Positions 17,361-25,895 of a DNA stretch of 64,000 nt are shown here, in pieces. The stretch is from the NCBI GenBank assembly GCA_000002435.2, contig CM018792.1. One strand, 5' to 3'. Numbering within the stretch: the stretch's first letter is position 1; each line of letters begins with the position of its first letter. A model generated the notes under the pieces. It was not told where the DNA came from and did not search any database. It saw only the letters and a list, made by a program, of their open reading frames with translations. Position numbers and translations under genes: made by a program. The stretch comes from Giardia intestinalis. Taxonomy: Eukaryota.

Positions 17361-18563
17361 CCCCCATCGCAAGCGAAGCTGCAGGAGTATCGTAACGTTG
17401 TGAGGGAGCACAACAAAATAGACGCCGACCTGAAGGCTATACGGGCCAAGGAAAAGGAGATAACGCAGACCCTTGAGGACAGCAACGAGCTGCTGTTGAG
17501 TCTGCATGCATACGGTGAACAGCTGGCCACTGTCATCCAGGTTATCGACGCAGATAACATCTTAATTAGGCTCCTCTCTGGGCCCCGCTATTTGGTCAAC
17601 AGGCGGTCTGGAATTAATCCTCGCTACATTAAGTCAGGGACCCGTGTCTCTGTGTCTCTCTCAACCTACTCCATAATGCACATCCTCCCACCTCAGATGG
17701 ACGAGTCTATCTATTCCATGTCGGACGCAGGGACAACCGGTGTGTCACCAGAGGATGCAGTTACCTATGCTGACATCGGCGGTTTACACGATGAAATTAA
17801 ACTGATTAAGGAGAGCATAGAGCTGCCACTCCGCAACCCAGACATCTTTAAACGCGTAGGCATTAAGCCCCCCAAGTCCATTCTCCTCTATGGAGCCCCG
17901 GGAACTGGCAAAAGCCTTATCTGTAAGTGCCTAGCCAACTCCTTGGGAATTTCTTACATCAAGTGTGTCGGCTCACAGCTTATTAGAAAGTACATCGGAG
18001 AGTCTGCGAGATTGGTGAGAGACCTTTTTGCATATGCCAAACTCAAGAAACCATGCCTTCTAATGATTGACGAAGTTGACGCCATTGCGACCAAGCGCTC
18101 AGATGACGGAACTCATAACGACCGTGAGGTCGACCGCGCACTCCTCCAGCTCCTGACTGAGATAGATGGGTTCACGGGCCTAGATGAGAGCATAAAAATA
18201 GTCTTTTGCACTAACAGGCCAGAGGCTCTCGACCCCGCGCTAATGCGCCCTGGAAGATGCGACGTGAAAATAGAAATAAGACTTCCAGATCCCACAGGCC
18301 GATACGAAATACTCAAGATCCACAGCAAGGGGCTTTCTCTTGGGGAGGACGTGGACTTCGCTGGGATCGTAAAGTCGACGGATGGGTTTAACGGTGCAGA
18401 TCTGCGAAATGTGATAACAGAGGCAGGGCTCGGTGCTCTCAGGGCAGAGCGGGGCGAGATACATCAAGAGGATCTGCTTGCAGCTGTGGCAGTCATACGC
18501 AGTAATAAGTCTATAGAATCCGAGACACATTCTTACACCCTGAAGGGTCACAATAGTAAATAA
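17358..18563 (+). CDS. RPT4: 26S proteasome regulatory subunit Rpt4 (PSMC6/S10b-like AAA ATPase)
   Basis: 401 aa. It has an N-terminal coiled coil, Walker A GAPGTGKS and an AAA core. KYIGESARLVRDLFAYAKLKKPCLLMIDEVDAIATKRSDDGTHNDREVDRALLQLLTEIDGF and DGFNGADLRNVITEAGLGALRAERGEIHQEDLLAAV match Rpt4/PSMC6 more closely than the other Rpt paralogs. The ATG directly abuts the AT-rich TTTTTAAAAATG, and AGTAAAT overlaps the stop. Confidence 0.92.
   Translation: MPPSQAKLQEYRNVVREHNKIDADLKAIRAKEKEITQTLEDSNELLLSLHAYGEQLATVIQVIDADNILIRLLSGPRYLVNRRSGINPRYIKSGTRVSVSLSTYSIMHILPPQMDESIYSMSDAGTTGVSPEDAVTYADIGGLHDEIKLIKESIELPLRNPDIFKRVGIKPPKSILLYGAPGTGKSLICKCLANSLGISYIKCVGSQLIRKYIGESARLVRDLFAYAKLKKPCLLMIDEVDAIATKRSDDGTHNDREVDRALLQLLTEIDGFTGLDESIKIVFCTNRPEALDPALMRPGRCDVKIEIRLPDPTGRYEILKIHSKGLSLGEDVDFAGIVKSTDGFNGADLRNVITEAGLGALRAERGEIHQEDLLAAVAVIRSNKSIESETHSYTLKGHNSK
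18555..18561 (+). terminator. putative polyadenylation signal AGTAAAT overlapping the Rpt4 stop codon (AGTAAATAA)
   Basis: The motif overlaps the TAA at 18561-18563. The same arrangement recurs at 27781-27787 (coiled-coil gene), 30078-30084 (480-aa gene), 12788-12794 on the minus strand (syntaxin) and 21222-21228 on the minus strand (Notchless, 36 nt after its stop). Confidence 0.45.
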
Positions 18564-18586
18564 CGCCGCCATTCTATGCTTGTGTC

Positions 18587-21217
18587 TTAGGCGAGGTCAG
18601 CGATTATTCCATTCAGTTCAGAGATGCACAGTTTGGCGTTTGCTAGGACTTGTAGCCCCGTTGCATATTGAGAAAGAAAGGCTTCTATCACTGATCTACA
18701 TGCTGCCAGCTCGCTTGCACTTGCTATTACTTTAATGGAATCCAACAGGGGATAGCCCCTACCCTCTTTAAAAGGTGTGTAGGGCCGAATGAGCACACGG
18801 CACGCAAAGATGATTCCATGCAAACTATTGAGAGTTATGGATCGCACAGACTCCAGTTCAGTGAAGAGGCATGACAGGGCGCTGGATCCCGTGCCGAAAA
18901 TGGGCGATGTGGCCCGTGCAGCTGAAACACGAAGGTGAATATTTGGAGAAGAAAGACATGTAATGACTGTGGATAGTACGTGTGGGTGAGAGGATCGCAA
19001 AAAGGAGGCCGTTGTGTGTGAAGGAGCACAGCTAGCAAGAATTTGAAGAAGGGCGAAGAGCCCAGGATCTGACCTCACTATGTATGTACTGCTACGGAAT
19101 ACTCTGCTAAGAAAGAGATCCTCGATGTGGTACCGCTTCTGGTGTTTCGATGTTTGCCTGGCAACCCTCGTTGCGAGTCCCATCAGTGCAGAGAATGCCG
19201 CGCATCTAAATAAGTAGTGCTTAGATCCATATCTTTCTAACAGCACAATTACTTCCCCTGCTATTCTAGAGAAAATTCTGAACTCAAATGGCGTAGTGGC
19301 CTCCAACAACAATACGTGGAGAACAAGCATGGAGTGAAGCCCAGACCGAAGATCTGATTCATGTCCTAATAGCCTGAGAGTGGCCAGGTTCCGCAAGAGA
19401 GCGTTGAGAATACTACCTACCGATTTGTTCAAATACAGATACCAATCTTCCTGGAGCAAGTTGGGTCCTTGTCCACGAAGCGCACGTTGTCTATGTCCCT
19501 TATCCTCTCTGGTAGCTACAGGGTCATTCGGTGATTTGGAGGCAAAGCTGTTGTCGACGCTATCTGGAGCAAGGGTGCTCTGCGCAAGAAACTCGTAAGC
19601 TATTATATCGTTGGAGGCATACTTTTGCTGAAGTTGTGAGACAATACCGTTAACATAGCTCAAAATAAGTGATGGTAGAGAGCCTCCGCCGCGGGAAATA
19701 GGTACCTGTTGGCTTCCTATCAAGCTGAGAAGAGTTCTGTTGATAGCGGTTAGAACAATACGAGATGATTCCGCTTCTTGGTGGTTGCATGGGTGTCTAG
19801 CCAAATGTGCAATTAGGCTTTGAAATGATGTCCTGCACGAACCGATAACTTCTTTGTGGAATATTGGTGCAAGGGTACATACCATTGTGGTGATGTCTTT
19901 AGTGAGCATGTGTGTCTTAACTAGGCTCAACGATTGACTGCTTATCAGCTGAGAGGTACTCCAAAAGAGCTCAGCAGAGGAGATGACAAAGGACCAGGAT
20001 GCAATGTGGTAGATGTCTCGGCTGGAAATAAATCCATGCTCACTGAAAACTCCAGCACACAGATCGCTATATAAGTTGGTAGTTGTATCCTCTGGCTCGC
20101 TGACGTGTATCTTGCCCGATGACAAATCAACGTGTTCCTCTGTATTCACGTATCTAAAGATGTGTGGATTGTCTGTCATTCCGCGGATGGCCATCTGAAC
20201 ATAATATGTAAATCTGGAAGATAGTTGGCGACAGTCTCGTAGATATTTCTGAATGAAGCACGGAATGCTAGGCTTGGTGTGCGGCACATCAGCATGAGGA
20301 GAGGTTAGGCTCGAAAGTTCCTTCATGTAAAATAGCATGCTGAGAACCATGACTTCTATCAGCAGCATGCAGTCAGTGAGGCACCTTATTGTTTCTTTGT
20401 TAACGAGCTCAGCGGGGCCTCGTGAAAGAGACTGAAGAAAGTTATCCAAACTGGTCGAGTCCAGGACAGACGTTAGAGAATAAAAGACTGATGCTCCTAA
20501 TGGGAGCTCCTCCGCTACCGCCAGTACAAGAAATAGTGTACTGGCAAAGGATTTGATTGAGCTTTGAGAAGAGGGGAGCAGCTCAACATATTGTGATGTA
20601 AGCTTTGCTTGGACTTCGTGAAGCACTGAATTATCGCGCTGGCTTGTGGAGAACGAGATGCGGATAAAGTCAAACAGCACGGGCAATAGTGCCACATGCG
20701 CTGAGGCTTTAGAGAGAATCGTCAACTCTAGCATAAGATCAAGAGAGGAAATGGGCAAGGAAACGCCTGCGTGCTTAATGTTCTCCACGACTGCGTGTAA
20801 TACCTTGAGCCCAAAGACAGGAAGAGTCTTAGAACTAAAGTCGTATCTATGAATAATCTCTGTCACTGTCCGTTCAAAGAGGGTCACAAGGGTGGCTTGA
20901 AGCAGCTGTTTCTCCATGCCAATCTTGAAAATCAGGCTACCCAATTTGCTTTCATCTTCAGAGGATAGTGTTGAGACAGTCTGCTTTAGATGAAGCGATC
21001 GAAGCTTATTGTGAAGCGTGGCGATTCTATACGCTACTAACTTGGTCCCTAAGGAGGCAATAAGCTGTGCTTCAGCTTGTTGGCCACGGGGGCAAGAAAC
21101 CAGCGTACTAAGAAGGATGAGCTTATCTGCAACTTCAGGGGTGTACTCTCTGTTACAATATTTACATGAGCCTATTGCAGCAGGGCTTAAGCCCCACAGC
21201 ACATCCCGGTTCAGCAT
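18587..21217 (-). CDS. hypothetical protein (876 aa, predicted alpha-helical, no recognised domain)
   Basis: The ATG at 21217-21215 was verified. It is a long ORF with coding-like composition. The AGTAAAT polyadenylation motif of the upstream Notchless gene lies 5 nt before this ATG. Confidence 0.5.
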   Translation of the reverse strand: MLNRDVLWGLSPAAIGSCKYCNREYTPEVADKLILLSTLVSCPRGQQAEAQLIASLGTKLVAYRIATLHNKLRSLHLKQTVSTLSSEDESKLGSLIFKIGMEKQLLQATLVTLFERTVTEIIHRYDFSSKTLPVFGLKVLHAVVENIKHAGVSLPISSLDLMLELTILSKASAHVALLPVLFDFIRISFSTSQRDNSVLHEVQAKLTSQYVELLPSSQSSIKSFASTLFLVLAVAEELPLGASVFYSLTSVLDSTSLDNFLQSLSRGPAELVNKETIRCLTDCMLLIEVMVLSMLFYMKELSSLTSPHADVPHTKPSIPCFIQKYLRDCRQLSSRFTYYVQMAIRGMTDNPHIFRYVNTEEHVDLSSGKIHVSEPEDTTTNLYSDLCAGVFSEHGFISSRDIYHIASWSFVISSAELFWSTSQLISSQSLSLVKTHMLTKDITTMVCTLAPIFHKEVIGSCRTSFQSLIAHLARHPCNHQEAESSRIVLTAINRTLLSLIGSQQVPISRGGGSLPSLILSYVNGIVSQLQQKYASNDIIAYEFLAQSTLAPDSVDNSFASKSPNDPVATREDKGHRQRALRGQGPNLLQEDWYLYLNKSVGSILNALLRNLATLRLLGHESDLRSGLHSMLVLHVLLLEATTPFEFRIFSRIAGEVIVLLERYGSKHYLFRCAAFSALMGLATRVARQTSKHQKRYHIEDLFLSRVFRSSTYIVRSDPGLFALLQILASCAPSHTTASFLRSSHPHVLSTVITCLSSPNIHLRVSAARATSPIFGTGSSALSCLFTELESVRSITLNSLHGIIFACRVLIRPYTPFKEGRGYPLLDSIKVIASASELAACRSVIEAFLSQYATGLQVLANAKLCISELNGIIADLA

Positions 21218-21266
21218 GATTATTTACTTTTCCCGGCACGTTTCTCTTAACACGTCTCTTAGCGCA

Positions 21267-22805
21267 CTAGTTTCTCCACACGCGCACTGTTCGGTCTTTG
21301 CTCCCGCTTATGGCGATGTCTCCGTCGAGGGCCCAATCAATTGCATAGACCTCATCCTCATGGCCGGGTAGGTCCCGGAGCATTGTGCGCTTGGACAGGG
21401 AGTAGAGCTTGCAAGTGCTGTCCTTTCCGCAGCTGATGAGGAACCGGCTGTCAGAGCTAAAGCTAACCCTGTAGCACTGATTGACATGATTTCGAAAGAT
21501 ACTAATGTGCTTGCCAGTAACTCCATCCCAGAGGCGCACCGTTCGATCAAAGGATGCACTTGCTATATATTGTCCATTTGGGCTGAAACAGACATGATTC
21601 ACTGGCTTTGCATGGCCAGTCAGTCGCGTAAGAGGCTTGCAGCTTAGTGCAATAAAGTGTCTATCTGTGCCATCTGCTCTGTCAAGAATTGCCCTTCGAG
21701 CATCATCCAAAAGAATAGCTAGATCATAGAGATTAATGGTCTGGTCATCTGAGCACGTGAGGACCATCTCCCGCTGCGTAAGCATTTGCTTGTAGTAAGC
21801 CGGCCCCATTACGAGACAGATACGAGGCCCATAGCGCTGCAGATAGTCTGTGTTTAGCGCCAGGCTGTTAACCCAATGACCATGGTTCTTCAAGACAGCT
21901 AGACAACAATACTGCGCTTGTAATGAAGAGGAGTCGGTCTTTACCAAGGGGTGTTTGACGTAGGGCGTGGAATAGAGATATGTCTGCGTGTCCTCGCTGC
22001 TTACTAGCAAATAGTTGTCACGCGTCCATCGAACATCTGTAACGCACTTGGTTCCAGAGTGTACCACATGTTCCACAACTCCCGCGTCAGTGTTCCACAC
22101 CCGCACGGTTCCATCCTTTGACCCCGTTGCAAGCCGCAGTGAGGTGTTCGTGGAGATCAGATCACTCATCTTGGAATTCTTCGGAATGTTCTCGACGGGT
22201 AGTAAAGGAAGCGGCTGCCAAGCTAAGCTGCTGATGAACCTCTTGTGACCAATCAGCGCGCGTGAATGGAGTGCCCGGTTTGTCACCGGGTCCCAAATCC
22301 GAAGTTCCCCATCGACACCAGCAGAGGCCAATCGAGTGGCGCACGGGGAATATGCAACCCTAAGCACCCAATTCTTGTGTCCTCGTAGCACGTGTTTGCA
22401 TGTAAGGGTCAGCGAGTCCCATATCCGAATGGTCGTATCTCCACTAGCACTGGCGAATGTTAGACCATCAGGATTGAAGGAAACGTCAAGAACGCCTTCT
22501 GTGTGTCCTTCTAGAGTAGCGACCGATCGTGATACAGGTTTTACAGCAAAGAGAGCCAGTGGCCGGCACGTGATTATTACTGTCGTTTCCGTGGATACAG
22601 CGGCAGCCTCAATAGCTTGCTTGAGGGATCCACGCACCTCAGTTGTACCTATAAAGAAGGAGTACTTGATGGGGACATCGTCCGGATCGGTTGCTCGAAA
22701 AGTCCGCAGAACTTCTTGCAGGTCTGCCCCTGTTGTATCCTCGGGGATTTCCAATGTCTCTGCCAAGGCGTCTCCTGTGTCTGTGACAAGCTGAGCTATA
22801 ATCAT
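21267..22805 (-). CDS. NLE1: Notchless/Rsa4 (NLE1) WD40 ribosome-assembly protein
   Basis: An N-terminal ubiquitin-like Nle region is followed by 8 WD40 repeats. GHTEGVLDVSFNPDG..SGDTTIRIWD, GHKNWVLRVAYSP, GHGHWVNSLALNTDY, SASFDRTVRLWDGVTGK, DLPGHEDEVYAIDW and SGSKDRTVRVWRN line up with Notchless. The track start at 22811 is a TTG, and the first ATG is at 22805 (MIIAQLV...). Confidence 0.88.
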   Translation of the reverse strand: MIIAQLVTDTGDALAETLEIPEDTTGADLQEVLRTFRATDPDDVPIKYSFFIGTTEVRGSLKQAIEAAAVSTETTVIITCRPLALFAVKPVSRSVATLEGHTEGVLDVSFNPDGLTFASASGDTTIRIWDSLTLTCKHVLRGHKNWVLRVAYSPCATRLASAGVDGELRIWDPVTNRALHSRALIGHKRFISSLAWQPLPLLPVENIPKNSKMSDLISTNTSLRLATGSKDGTVRVWNTDAGVVEHVVHSGTKCVTDVRWTRDNYLLVSSEDTQTYLYSTPYVKHPLVKTDSSSLQAQYCCLAVLKNHGHWVNSLALNTDYLQRYGPRICLVMGPAYYKQMLTQREMVLTCSDDQTINLYDLAILLDDARRAILDRADGTDRHFIALSCKPLTRLTGHAKPVNHVCFSPNGQYIASASFDRTVRLWDGVTGKHISIFRNHVNQCYRVSFSSDSRFLISCGKDSTCKLYSLSKRTMLRDLPGHEDEVYAIDWALDGDIAISGSKDRTVRVWRN

Positions 22806-23357
22806 ATGCAATTAATTTAAAGCAGGGGTTCCTACCCGTCAGCCAATCTCGACAGCTGTGTATGAAAATTGTCTCCTCATGAATTTAGACTGAATTGTGA
22901 AAGAGTGGACCATGCAAAATACTGTGGTTGGGGCTTTTTGAAGAAGTTGGCACACAAAAAGCGAGACAATCCCCCGTACTTTCTTCCAGTTTGCCTCTAT
23001 ACAAGCTTTCTCGCTTGTCCTTGTTATGAACTACGGTACAAGAAGCGGGGATTACCTTGCAGACACCGGCCATTGGGAGTAGGCAGTGTTAAGAGTGAAA
23101 TGATCACAACGATAATCTGCTTCCACCGTTGAGCAAGTGGGTAATGCACATCTTTGCATAGTTTCCGGTTCCTGGATCAATGCAGCTGTAAACAGGTCAG
23201 TGGGATAGGCCAATGACTTGTCGGCTTGTGGAAAGTATTGATCATACTTGAAAAGCAGAGGAACCATATTACCATCTACCAGTAGGTGCAGTACATGCGC
23301 TGACAACTCAACCAAATCTGGGCAAAGGTCCGAGCCAAAAGAGGTTTAAAACTAAAG

Positions 23358-24257
23358 ATGTTTGCTATTCTTCTAGTGCTGGGGATCTCTTTGTACATTT
23401 TCTCCCGCCACAGAGGAAGAGGGCTTCTACGCAGATATCCGGGCCGCTATGCAATCGTCCTGGGTGCCACAGGCGGTCTTGGAACGTCATTTTGCAAGCG
23501 TCTCCTAGACGAGGGATACTCCCTCATCGTATCTGGCAGGTCTCTTCAGTCTATCAGTGGCTTGAAAAGCCGACTCGACGTGCCTGATAATAAGCTTGTT
23601 CCTTTTCCGTACGATGCAAGTTCTGCCACGATTGGGGATTTTTCTACAAAGCTTAATGAGTTGCTGACTATTCATGCCATCGATCAAGATGACATTGCCG
23701 TGGTCGTCATGGCTGCTGGATTTGGGGAGTACTCCTCTTTCGAGGACACGACCCTCGAGCACAAGTTATCTTTGCTCAATTGCGATTTTGTCTTTCCGGT
23801 TGAAGTCTCAGACTACTTTTACAAACAGTTCTGCGCTAGGAATAAAAAGCCCCGTGACCGCACTGCACTGATCTACATCTCATCCTGTCTCGCTGTGCAC
23901 CCTGGCCCCAACTTTGCTCTCTATCACGCCTCGAAGGCCGGTGTCTCTGCCTTGGCATCGTCCCTCTACATGGAGGCAGCAAGGCACCGCATTGATGTTC
24001 TAGCGGTACACCCAGGGACAATCAAGGACTCTAACTTCTTCCAGAGGCCAGAAATGCACTTCGGCGACCTTCCTCGCACGCGAAAACTCGGTCACACTAA
24101 GCTTTTATCACTCACCACGAAGCAAATTGTTGACGAGACCTTTAAGTACTTAGGTCTATGTGCCCATCTTCATGTTGGCTTGACGTCCTGCATGACAGTT
24201 GCTCTCTACTCCTTGGTACCGCGTTCCATCATATGTTGGCTTATCAGACATAAATAG
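23358..24257 (+). CDS. Short-chain dehydrogenase/reductase (3-ketoacyl reductase / HSD17B12-like) with an N-terminal membrane anchor
   Basis: 299 aa. There is an N-terminal hydrophobic segment (FAILLVLGISLYIF), a Rossmann motif GATGGLG, and the catalytic YHASK (YxxxK). The overall architecture is that of ER-anchored ketoreductases. The ATG is preceded by the AT-rich TTTAAAACTAAAG. Confidence 0.7.
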   Translation: MFAILLVLGISLYIFSRHRGRGLLRRYPGRYAIVLGATGGLGTSFCKRLLDEGYSLIVSGRSLQSISGLKSRLDVPDNKLVPFPYDASSATIGDFSTKLNELLTIHAIDQDDIAVVVMAAGFGEYSSFEDTTLEHKLSLLNCDFVFPVEVSDYFYKQFCARNKKPRDRTALIYISSCLAVHPGPNFALYHASKAGVSALASSLYMEAARHRIDVLAVHPGTIKDSNFFQRPEMHFGDLPRTRKLGHTKLLSLTTKQIVDETFKYLGLCAHLHVGLTSCMTVALYSLVPRSIICWLIRHK

Positions 24258-24325
24258 AGTTTACTACATTTACTGGTATTCACTAACGCGCAAAGCTACG
24301 TCTCACAAGGCTTGACGTGGCACTA

Positions 24326-25411
24326 TCATGCATATGGCCCGGAGCTGTATGAGTCTGCTTCTGTGAAGAGATGCGATACTTCGTTTTTATCTAGCGTACC
24401 CATACCATGATGAGCTGCCACGGGGTCTGACGTCCTGTAGAGTAAGTTAATAATAGTGCAGGAGGAGCAGTGGAGAGCGAAAAACCCAACTATCCCAAGC
24501 GTCACTGCAATTAGTATCACTTCCCATCGCAACAGTGACCCCTCAGAGGTCAGATTGAGAGACAGCATGACTCCATTATCAAACTGATTGGCTGCTATTG
24601 AATCCTTAAATAGAATAAAAGAAGCATCAGCATTGTTACTTTCGTCCTCGTCTGAGCTTAGGTCTTGGAGGGTCAAAGACACAGGCGCTCTGATCCGTTT
24701 GTTATCCGCACACAGAGTCTCCACAGTGGCAAGGAGAGAGCAGCCTGCAGACTTTATCGTTGGGATGTTAGTTATATCTACGGTCACTGATCGCGTTGCC
24801 GACGATAGCACAACCCCAGAATAGGCAGAGTAGTCCACATAGATCGAGCCTGACACAGGAATTTGCTGCTCTAACGCCAGGTCGCCGCTTGGAGACAGCC
24901 CCCGGAGAACAATCTCCTCAGAACCTACGTTAGTAAATCCCAATAGAATAGCTTCGGTACTATCGTATCCGTCAATCTGTGTGCCACGTGTACTGTGGAG
25001 TATGTACTCCAGCACTCGAGGATCCTCCCAGAAATCGATTTCATACTGGGCTTGTCGCCGGCCAGAAAAGCGCATTGTCCTGGGGGCGTCAAGAATAGCG
25101 TCAGAAAAATTACACCGGTAAACACTATAGCATACTGTGTGGCGCGTAACACCGTGGCAATTCACCTCGTAATACAGAGGTGCGTTGGGCGAAACGGAAT
25201 CTGACTCAGGTGGGATGCTAGAAGAATCGAGGTAAGAAAAGGTATGGTCTGATGGAAGAAGGTGACGGTGTCGTGTGAAAGCAAATCTCGTCTGGTGTGT
25301 CTTGGAGAGAGTGCCACCAACGACTCCTCCTATTAGTAGACCCAGAAGAATAGGTCCAACAAAAAATGTAAGCAGGGTCTGTATCTTGATGAGAGTAGGG
25401 TGACAGCTCAT
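24326..25411 (-). CDS. hypothetical membrane protein (N-terminal and C-terminal TM segments)
   Basis: The track start at 25417 is a TTG, and the first ATG is at 25411 (MSCHPTLIKIQTLLTFFVGPILLGLLIGGVVGG). A second hydrophobic segment (WEVILIAVTLGIVGFFAL) lies near the C-terminus. No family was assigned. Confidence 0.5.
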   Translation of the reverse strand: MSCHPTLIKIQTLLTFFVGPILLGLLIGGVVGGTLSKTHQTRFAFTRHRHLLPSDHTFSYLDSSSIPPESDSVSPNAPLYYEVNCHGVTRHTVCYSVYRCNFSDAILDAPRTMRFSGRRQAQYEIDFWEDPRVLEYILHSTRGTQIDGYDSTEAILLGFTNVGSEEIVLRGLSPSGDLALEQQIPVSGSIYVDYSAYSGVVLSSATRSVTVDITNIPTIKSAGCSLLATVETLCADNKRIRAPVSLTLQDLSSDEDESNNADASFILFKDSIAANQFDNGVMLSLNLTSEGSLLRWEVILIAVTLGIVGFFALHCSSCTIINLLYRTSDPVAAHHGMGTLDKNEVSHLFTEADSYSSGPYA

Positions 25412-25450
25412 GCTCAAGTGAGGAGGGTGTTTTTTGTTACCTTAACGGAT

Positions 25451-25747
25451 TTAAGTTGCATTGGCGCTTTGTGAAGAGCATGACAGGGTATAAACGGCGG
25501 GGGACTGAATTTTCCGCAGGGTAAGGTATATTAATAAGCATCCAAAAAGCTCCAGCACAGTGATCGAGCTTATGAATAGAAGCACAAGGACGCAGATCAG
25601 ATCGATTCGAGACATGAAAGAAGAAAGGCCGTAGTATGCTCCGATCAGTACAGCCGCAGTAAGCGCTAGAGGCAAGACGGCGAGGCACGTCAAACTAACT
25701 AGCCATACACCCCTCGAGTTCATTTTTGTTTTATCGCTCTTTGCCAA
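25451..25747 (-). CDS. small hypothetical two-TM protein (~90-98 aa)
   Basis: A short ORF with two hydrophobic segments (WLVSLTCLAVLPLALTAAVLIGAYY and ICVLVLLFISSITVLELFGCLLIYL). The track start is a non-ATG codon, and an internal ATG (MNSRGVW..) is the probable start if the gene is real. A homopolymer run at 25738-25742 left the exact frame ambiguous when I checked it by hand. Confidence 0.25.
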   Translation of the reverse strand: MAKSDKTKMNSRGVWLVSLTCLAVLPLALTAAVLIGAYYGLSSFMSRIDLICVLVLLFISSITVLELFGCLLIYLTLRKIQSPAVYTLSCSSQSANAT

Positions 25748-25895
25748 GACCTCTCCGTTTGCTTCCGGAAGACATGGGAGCAGCTTACAGGCTTTGTCTA
25801 CAGCTGTACGATGCGTGGCACTTCAGAGGCGCGCGGATCAAGTAAAAAATCAAAAAGTGGATTCTGACGCCCTTCTCTTCGTGGGTTGCTGAGAC

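Noticed and set aside
17132-17560. Minus-strand 142-aa ORF overlapping the Rpt4 start region, and the longer Ykt6 ORF extension to 17367
   Set aside because: The Rpt4 homology begins at the ATG at 17358, and the Ykt6 homology begins at Met13. The overlap is best explained by alternative upstream ATGs that are not the true starts.
24326-25417. Possible TMEM231-like (ciliary transition-zone) identity for the 361-aa membrane protein with N- and C-terminal TM helices
   Set aside because: This rested only on similar topology and vague C-terminal resemblance recalled from memory. I could not substantiate a motif-level match, so it is left as a hypothetical membrane protein.
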